Shown: piece after piece, positions 26,510 to 32,000 of the stretch
Position numbering within the stretch: the stretch's first letter is position 1
Layout: each line of letters begins with the position of its first letter
Assembly: GCF_001598795.1 (NCBI RefSeq)
Contig: NZ_BCZP01000009.1
Coordinates: 1-32,000, forward strand
Direction of reading: 5' to 3'
DNA length: 32,000 nt
Source of the DNA: Delftia acidovorans NBRC 14950
GTDB taxonomy: Bacteria; Pseudomonadota; Gammaproteobacteria; Burkholderiales; Burkholderiaceae_C
Notes under the pieces: generated by a model
What the model saw: the letters and a program-made list of their open reading frames with translations, nothing else
The model's database searches: none
Told to the model about the DNA's origin: nothing
Program-made: the position numbers and the translations under genes

Positions 26510-26767
26510 TCAGCGTGCGCTCTTGCTGCGCACCAGACTGTAGATGAAGAGGATGACGATGGCGCCCACGATGGAGGCGATCCAGCCGGCCGGCTGCCCG
26601 GCCTCGTACCAACCCATCGCGACACCGACGTAGCTGGCAAGAAACGATCCTGCCACGCCGAGCAGGATGGTCATGATCCAGCCAAAGCTGTCATCGCCGG
26701 GTTTGAGTGCCCGCGCCAGCAAGCCAACGACCAGGCCAACGATGAGGGTACCAATCAAGGACATCAT
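26510..26767 (-). CDS. GlsB/YeaQ/YmgE family stress-response membrane protein
   Basis: ATG-ATG at 26767/26764 with GGAGA upstream. The 85 aa protein MMSLIGTLIVGLVVGLLARALKPGDDSFGWIMTILLGVAGSFLASYVG ... IVGAIVILFIYSLV aligns with E. coli YeaQ. Confidence 0.9.
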   Translation of the reverse strand: MMSLIGTLIVGLVVGLLARALKPGDDSFGWIMTILLGVAGSFLASYVGVAMGWYEAGQPAGWIASIVGAIVILFIYSLVRSKSAR

Positions 26768-26871
26768 GCTTTTCTCCGAACTGAAGCTTCCATGCCGCGA
26801 CTCTAGGGCCCTGCACCGGGCGGCCCTGTCGGACAGCATCTCAACCTGGGACGAAGCCAGGGCAGGGCCCT

Positions 26872-26903
26872 GAAAAACAAAACGCCTGCATGTGCAGGCG
26901 TTT
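26872..26903 (-). terminator. Rho-independent terminator of the NlpC/P60 gene
   Basis: Minus strand: AAACGCCTGCACATGCAGGCGTTT followed by TGTTTTTCA. Confidence 0.8.
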
Positions 26904-26929
26904 GTGGATTGGCGCACAAGACGCTGCGA

Positions 26930-27565
26930 TCACTGCAGCTGGCTTGCCTGCATCTGCAGGGCCAGAGCGGCCTTGCTGGCGTCAAGGCCCAGGCCGTCGG
27001 CGTCCTGCACGCGGCGGGCGCCATCGAAGCGGCGAGCCCAGTACGCGCTTTGCATGCTTTCCACGCGAACCTGTGCACCGGTGCGCGGTGCATGGATGAA
27101 GTTGCCGTCGCCGACATAGATGCCGACATGGCTGAAGGTGCGGCGCATGGTGTTGAAGAACACCAGATCACCGGGCTTGAGTTCGTTCTTGTCGATTTTT
27201 TCCGTGGCCTGTGCCTGCTGGTCAGCGCGGCGCGGCAGGACCTTGCCCAGGGTTTCGGAGTAGATGGCGCGGACGAAGCCGCTGCAGTCGAAGCCGGTCT
27301 CGGCACTGTTGCCGCCGCGGCGGTAGGGAACGCCGATGAAGCCCATGGCGGTCACGACCAGATCGGAGGTCTTTTCGGCGACGCTTTGTCGTGCTTCCTT
27401 GACGAAGTCAGAAGTGCGTTCCGCCATGTGATGGCGGGCTTCGCGCAGCTGCGAGATGAGGCTGCGGTTGACCAGCAGCTGGTTCATATCGTCGTCACGC
27501 ATTTCGGGCGGAGCCGCGTGTGCCGTGACGCTGACAAACAGGAGTGCAATAAGCCATCGGGACAT
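26930..27565 (-). CDS. C40 family (NlpC/P60) cell-wall peptidase, secreted or lipoprotein-like
   Basis: ATG at 27565 gives the signal peptide MSRWLIALLFVSVTAHA. The catalytic Cys context is GVPYRRGGNSAETGFDCSGFVRAIY and the His context is FSHVGIYVGDGNFIHAP. Confidence 0.9.
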   Translation of the reverse strand: MSRWLIALLFVSVTAHAAPPEMRDDDMNQLLVNRSLISQLREARHHMAERTSDFVKEARQSVAEKTSDLVVTAMGFIGVPYRRGGNSAETGFDCSGFVRAIYSETLGKVLPRRADQQAQATEKIDKNELKPGDLVFFNTMRRTFSHVGIYVGDGNFIHAPRTGAQVRVESMQSAYWARRFDGARRVQDADGLGLDASKAALALQMQASQLQ

Positions 27566-27760
27566 GGGGCGCGAGATTACCACGCAAAAACGTAGGACAA
27601 ATTCGATAAGACCCCCGAAAGCCTGGGTTTTTGAGTTACCTCAGGAATCCGGGCTGCGCGGCAGGGAGCGCACGCAAGCTGCGACAATGGAAAGCTTTCC
27701 CTTTTGTCCTCTATAAGAAGGGCGGCCCGCGCCGCCCCATATTCCCAAGAAAGATCCGCC

Positions 27761-28363
27761 ATGCTGCTTGAAGCCACCGACTCCCAGCTCGTACTCGTCG
27801 ATTACCAGGAGCGCCTGATGCCGGCCATCTTCGAGGGACCGGCAGTTCTGGCCAATGCCGTGAAGCTGGCGCGCCTGGCGCAGCTGGTGGACGTGCCGGT
27901 CTTCGGCACCGAGCAGAACCCCTCGCGCCTGGGCGCCAACGACGCCGAACTGCGCGCGCTGTGCGACCGGACCCTGTCCAAGATGCATTTCAGCGCCGTG
28001 GCCGAGGGCCTGGGCGAGTGGCTGCGTCCTCCTGCACGACCCCAGGGCGGCAATGCGCGCAGCCTGCCCAAGCACCTGCAAAAGCCCCAGCAGCAGGCGC
28101 CCGAGCGCAGCATGGTGGTGATTGCCGGCTGTGAAGCCCATGTCTGCCTGCTGCAGACGGCGCTGGAGCTGCTGGAAGATGAGTTCGATGTCTGGGTCGT
28201 CACCGACGCCTGCAGCTCGCGCACCGAGCGCAACCGCGATGCCGCCTTCGACCGCCTGGCCGGCGCGGGTGCCGAGCTGGTGACCACGGAGATGGTGGCC
28301 TTCGAGTGGCTGCGCAGCTGCGAGCATCCGGCCTTCAAGGATCTGCTTGCCCTGGTCAAGTAA
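27761..28363 (+). CDS. Isochorismatase-family hydrolase
   Basis: ATG at 27761. LVLVDYQERL, VPVFGTEQNP and the catalytic Cys context VVIAGCEAHVCLLQTALELL are present. The C-terminus reads TTEMVAFEWL ... FKDLLALVK. Confidence 0.88.
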   Translation: MLLEATDSQLVLVDYQERLMPAIFEGPAVLANAVKLARLAQLVDVPVFGTEQNPSRLGANDAELRALCDRTLSKMHFSAVAEGLGEWLRPPARPQGGNARSLPKHLQKPQQQAPERSMVVIAGCEAHVCLLQTALELLEDEFDVWVVTDACSSRTERNRDAAFDRLAGAGAELVTTEMVAFEWLRSCEHPAFKDLLALVK

Positions 28364-28392
28364 GGCACGGGTTCCTGGGTCCGCCGTCTTGG

Positions 28393-28416
28393 GGCGCTCT
28401 TTGGAGCGCCTTTTTT
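28393..28416 (+). terminator. Rho-independent terminator of the isochorismatase-family gene
   Basis: GGCGCTC-TTTG-GAGCGCC followed by TTTTTT. Confidence 0.85.
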
Positions 28417-28551
28417 CATGGTGATCTGTCTCTTCTTGGGAGGGGGCTGTCGCTGCACCGCGTAGTTCTACGGAGCTGCGTGCGTAGCCGGCCGAATAGG
28501 CGCGGGCAGGGCGTTTTTCTACAGTGGCGGCATTCCCCCAAGAGAGACTGT

Positions 28552-29223
28552 ATGAAGCACGTTCTGACCTTCACCGCCCTGATCCTGACCGCCTCGGGCA
28601 GCGCTTTGGCTGCCGACCATTTCTATGGCGCCGTCCGCATCAACTCCGCCAACTACAAGGCTCACGACATGGACTCCAGCGCCCGCCCCGGCCTGGGGCA
28701 GTTCGTGCCTGGCGACGACAGCCGCCGCGCTACAGGCGGCTCTCTGGCCCTGGGTTATCAGCTCCCGTCGGACTGGCGTCTGGAAGCCGAATACACCCTG
28801 CCCAGGAGCAACGAATTCACCAGCGGCTCCACGCGCTTTCCCACGAGCTTCAATCACCACAGCATCCGTTCTCAGCGCCTGATGATCAATGCGTACAAGG
28901 ATTTCCCCCTGAACGCGCAGTTCTCCGTGTACGGCACGGCGGGCCTGGGCCTGGCCCACCTGCAGTCCAGCGGCTGGCAAGGCAATCCGAATCGCCAGTA
29001 CTTCAGCGATTCCCAGAACAATCTGGCCTATGCGCTGGGCTTTGGCATCAGCTACTCGCCGATTCAAAAGGTCAGCATCGACCTGGGCTACCGCTATGTG
29101 GGCATGGGCAAGACCCACAGCGGCGCCAACAACTTCACCAATGTCCGTGGCCTGCAGGATGAGCAGATGCGCGCCAAGCTGAGTTCCAGCGAGATCTCGG
29201 TCGGCCTGCGCTACAGCTTCTGA
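28552..29223 (+). CDS. Outer-membrane beta-barrel protein (OmpW/OmpA-like / opacity-type small porin)
   Basis: ATG at 28552. The signal peptide is MKHVLTFTALILTASGSALAA. Alternating hydrophobic beta-strand patterns are present (SLALGYQL, WRLEAEYTL, LAYALGFGISY, VSIDLGYRYV). The C-terminus ISVGLRYSF ends in Phe. Confidence 0.85.
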   Translation: MKHVLTFTALILTASGSALAADHFYGAVRINSANYKAHDMDSSARPGLGQFVPGDDSRRATGGSLALGYQLPSDWRLEAEYTLPRSNEFTSGSTRFPTSFNHHSIRSQRLMINAYKDFPLNAQFSVYGTAGLGLAHLQSSGWQGNPNRQYFSDSQNNLAYALGFGISYSPIQKVSIDLGYRYVGMGKTHSGANNFTNVRGLQDEQMRAKLSSSEISVGLRYSF

Positions 29224-29338
29224 GTTTGAAGGGGCCTGTCTGCCCGCGCAGCGCGGAGTTGTCAGCTTTCGGCAAGCGCATTATGAATAATTATGAATTC
29301 AGAAGCCGCCAATCCATGACAACGACAGGAGACAGACA

Positions 29339-31225
29339 ATGGCCCCGCGTTTCGACGATTTCCACCGCCGCTCCATCGAGGAGCGCGACGCTTTTTGGGC
29401 CGAGCAGGCCCGCCGCATCGACTGGCATGTGCCGCCCCAGCGGATCTGCGACTACGACAATCCGCCGTTTGCACGGTGGTTTGTCGGGGGGCAGACCAAT
29501 CTCTGCCACAACGCCGTGGACCGGCACCTGGCCGAGCGCGCCGACCAGAACGCGCTGATCGCCATCTCCACCGAGACCGGCACGGAAAAGGTCTACACCT
29601 ACCGCGAACTGCATGCCGAGGTACAGCGCATGGCCGCCGTGCTGCAGTCGCTGGGCGTGCAAAAGGGCGACCGCGTCCAGATCTACATGCCCATGATTGC
29701 CGAGGCGGCCTTTGCCATGCTGGCCTGCGCGCGGCTGGGTGCCATCCATTCGGTGGTGTTCGGCGGCTTTGCCTCGGCGGCGCTGGCCTCGCGCATCGAC
29801 GATGCCGAGCCCAAGGTCATCATCAGTGCCGACGCGGGCTCGCGCGGCGGGCGCGTCGTGGCCTACAAGCCCTTGCTGGACGAGGCGCTGCAGCTGGCCA
29901 GCCACAAGCCAGCGGCCGTGCTCATCGTGGACCGTGGCCTGGCGCCTGCGCCCATGCGCGCCGGCCGTGACCACGACTGGGCCAGCCTGCGTGCGCTGCA
30001 CGCCGACGACCAGGTCGCCTGCACCTGGGTGGAATCCACCGACCCCAGCTACACGCTCTACACCAGCGGCACCACGGGGCGCCCCAAGGGCGTGCAGCGC
30101 GATACGGGCGGCTACACGGTGGCGCTGGCCGCCAGCATGCCGCTGATCTTCGGGGCCGAGGCAGGGCAGACTTTTTTCTGCACCAGCGACATCGGCTGGG
30201 TTGTGGGCCACAGCTACATCATCTATGCGCCGCTGATCGCAGGCATGGCCACCGTGCTCTACGAGGGCCTGCCCATACGCCCCGACGCGGGCATCTGGTG
30301 GAGCATCGTGGAGAAGTACCGGGTCACCCACATGTTCTCGGCGCCCACGGCCATCCGTGTGCTCAAGAAGCACGATGCCGAGTACCTGCACCGCCACGAT
30401 ATCTCCAGCCTCAAGGCGCTGTGGCTGGCCGGCGAGCCGCTGGACGAGCCCACGGCGCAGTGGATCAGCCAGGCCCTGGGCAAGCCCATCATCGACAACT
30501 ACTGGCAGACCGAGACCGGCTGGCCCATCCTCACGCTGTGCAACGGCGTGGAGCAGCAGACCACGCGCTTCGGCAGTCCCGGCAAGGCCGTCTATGGCTA
30601 TGACGTGAAACTGATCGACGAGGCCACGGGCGAGGAACTGCTCGGCGCCGGGCAAAAGGGCGTGCTGGCCATCGAGGGGCCGCTGCCGCCGGGCTGCATG
30701 CAGACCGTCTGGCGTGACGATCAGCGCTTCGTCAATACCTACTGGAAGAGCATTCCGGGCCGCATGGTCTACAGCACCTTCGACTGGGGCATACGCGACG
30801 AGGATGGCTACTTCTTCATCCTGGGCCGCACGGATGACGTGATCAACGTGGCCGGCCACCGCCTGGGCACGCGCGAGATCGAGGAATGCATTTCCGCCCA
30901 CCCCCAGGTGGCCGAAGTCGCCGTGGTCGGCGTGGCCGATACGCTCAAGGGCCAGGTGGCGCTGGCCTTTGCCGTGCCCCGGACGGCGCTGGAGGGCGAG
31001 GCCGAGCGCGCGGCGCTGCAGGCCGATGTGATGAAGCTGGTCGATGTACGCCTGGGCGCCGTGGCCCGGCCCTCGCGCGTGGTCTTCGTCAGTGCGCTGC
31101 CCAAGACGCGCAGCGGCAAGCTGCTGCGCCGCGCCATGCAGGCCGTGGCCGAGGGGCGCGACCCGGGCGACCTCAGCACCATGGAAGATCCGGCCGCGCT
31201 CGCCCAGGTGCAGCAGCAGCTGTGA
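29339..31225 (+). CDS. prpE: Propionate--CoA ligase
   Basis: ATG at 29339 with GGAGA 6 nt upstream. It is collinear with Salmonella PrpE: FHRRSIEERDAFWAEQARRIDW, PPFARWFVGGQTNLCHNAVDRH, YTSGTTGRPKGVQRD, DNYWQTETGWP, ILGRTDDVINVAGHRLGTREIEE, LPKTRSGKLLRR. Confidence 0.93.
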   Translation: MAPRFDDFHRRSIEERDAFWAEQARRIDWHVPPQRICDYDNPPFARWFVGGQTNLCHNAVDRHLAERADQNALIAISTETGTEKVYTYRELHAEVQRMAAVLQSLGVQKGDRVQIYMPMIAEAAFAMLACARLGAIHSVVFGGFASAALASRIDDAEPKVIISADAGSRGGRVVAYKPLLDEALQLASHKPAAVLIVDRGLAPAPMRAGRDHDWASLRALHADDQVACTWVESTDPSYTLYTSGTTGRPKGVQRDTGGYTVALAASMPLIFGAEAGQTFFCTSDIGWVVGHSYIIYAPLIAGMATVLYEGLPIRPDAGIWWSIVEKYRVTHMFSAPTAIRVLKKHDAEYLHRHDISSLKALWLAGEPLDEPTAQWISQALGKPIIDNYWQTETGWPILTLCNGVEQQTTRFGSPGKAVYGYDVKLIDEATGEELLGAGQKGVLAIEGPLPPGCMQTVWRDDQRFVNTYWKSIPGRMVYSTFDWGIRDEDGYFFILGRTDDVINVAGHRLGTREIEECISAHPQVAEVAVVGVADTLKGQVALAFAVPRTALEGEAERAALQADVMKLVDVRLGAVARPSRVVFVSALPKTRSGKLLRRAMQAVAEGRDPGDLSTMEDPAALAQVQQQL

Positions 31226-31280
31226 GGCAGGGCGCGCGCCGCAACCGCTTGCGGCCGGGGTGATGTGCGCCGGCGCCCCT

Positions 31281-31314
31281 GCCTGCCGCGCCTACAAGCC
31301 TGCCGCGCCTACAA
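31281..31314. repeat. Perfect 17 bp tandem duplication (GCCTGCCGCGCCTACAA x2) in the prpE-algC intergenic region
   Basis: Read directly: 31281-31297 and 31298-31314 are identical. Confidence 0.9.
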
Positions 31315-31391
31315 TTGCGGCTTGGGCCGCAGCCGGGCCAGGTTCCGGGCTGCGGCGCCCTGTTTTCAACCGACGAGAAAGCGTTTTCGAC

Positions 31392-32000
31392 GTGCAGGTC
31401 GCATCTTCCATCTTCAAAGCCTATGACATCCGCGGCATCGTGCCGTCCACGCTCAACGAGGAGGTCGCGCTTGGCGTGGGCCGCGCCTTCGGCATGGCGG
31501 CCCTGGCGGCCGGCGAGACCGTGGTGGCCGTGGGACGCGATGGCCGCCTGTCGGGACCCTCGCTGTCCGCGGCGCTGATCGCCGGCCTGACCGAGGTCGG
31601 CATCGAGGTGATCGACATCGGCCTGGCCACCACGCCCATGCTGTACTACGCGGCCAGCACACTGGCGCGCTCGGGCATCCAGGTCACGGGCAGCCACAAC
31701 CCCAAGGACTACAACGGCTTCAAGATGGTGCTGGCCGGCCGCGCCATCTACGGCGAGGAAATCCAGGCCCTGCGCCGCCGTGTCGAGAGCGACGACTGGA
31801 CGATCACGGGCACCGGCAGCGTGCGCCGCGCCGATGTGCAGGCCGACTACCAGGCGCGCATCGTGGGCGACGTGAAGCTGGCGCGACCCATCAAGATCGT
31901 GGTGGACTGCGGCAACGGCGTGGCCGGTGCCTCGGCGCCCGGCATCTTCCGCGCCCTGGGCTGCGAGGTGATCGAGCTGTTCTCCGAAGTGGACGGTGAA
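31392..32000 (+). CDS. algC: Phosphomannomutase/phosphoglucomutase (AlgC/ManB type), 5' part truncated by the window end
   Basis: Not in the ORF track because it has no stop in the window. My translation from GTG 31392 gives VQVASSIFKAYDIRGIVPSTLNEEVALGVGRAFG ... VGRDGRLSGP ... QVTGSHNPKDYNGFKMV ... IVVDCGNGVAG ... FSEVDGE, collinear with Pseudomonas AlgC including the TGSHNP phosphoserine loop. The exact start is uncertain. Confidence 0.88.
   Translation, partial: MQVASSIFKAYDIRGIVPSTLNEEVALGVGRAFGMAALAAGETVVAVGRDGRLSGPSLSAALIAGLTEVGIEVIDIGLATTPMLYYAASTLARSGIQVTGSHNPKDYNGFKMVLAGRAIYGEEIQALRRRVESDDWTITGTGSVRRADVQADYQARIVGDVKLARPIKIVVDCGNGVAGASAPGIFRALGCEVIELFSEVDGE

Noticed and set aside
27594-27710. 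8 bp inverted repeat AGGACAAA (27594-27601) / TTTGTCCT (27703-27710), about 100 bp apart in the NlpC/P60 - isochorismatase intergenic region.
   Set aside because: An 8 bp match at that distance within ~200 bp is not clearly beyond chance.
29291-30901. 536 aa minus-strand ORF opposite prpE. Similar cases are 341..1465 (opposite the FAD oxidoreductase), 1756..2883, 3250..4119 (opposite pyrD), 23279..24253 (opposite the FUSC gene), 20096..20968 (opposite the LysE gene) and 27641..28327.
   Set aside because: All are antisense or alternative-frame overlaps of genes with clear family signatures, and all have shadow-ORF amino-acid composition.

Overview
This 32 kb window is high-GC (about 65% by eye) and looks like ordinary chromosomal core genome of a betaproteobacterium. 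The protein set and codon usage suggest Comamonadaceae, but that taxon call is a guess. I can support 29 CDS, a tandem tRNA-Val(CAC) array at the left edge, and about a dozen hairpin terminators.

In order, the window contains:
- at least 3 tRNA-Val copies
- an FAD oxidoreductase
- an elaB/yqjD-yqjE-yqjK-type stress membrane trio
- pyrD divergent from rpiA
- a small membrane protein and a secreted DUF4124-glutaredoxin protein
- prlC and folD
- a PAS sensor kinase plus FixJ/LuxR response regulator, divergent from the pyruvate dehydrogenase operon aceE-aceF-lpd (the E3 carries its own lipoyl domain)
- a divergent LysR/LysE pair
- an orphan membrane-anchored Gly/Met-tailed protein
- an MFS transporter and a FUSC-like protein
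- a stand-alone EVE-domain protein and the GST yghU
- a DUF697-like protein and a GlsB/YeaQ protein
- an NlpC/P60 peptidase and an isochorismatase-family hydrolase
- an OmpW/OmpA-like beta-barrel protein
- prpE, and the 5' part of algC/manB

I saw no integrase, transposase, phage, CRISPR, toxin-antitoxin or recognisable defence genes, and I did not find a convincing novel multi-gene system.

The best leads are modest:
- an uncharacterised two-component system sharing an AT-rich, inverted-repeat-bearing control region with aceE
- an orphan protein with a GroEL-like Gly-Met tail
- DNA-level homogenisation between the E2 and E3 lipoyl domains
- several perfect short tandem duplications

The many very long ORFs antisense to real genes are high-GC shadow ORFs and were rejected.
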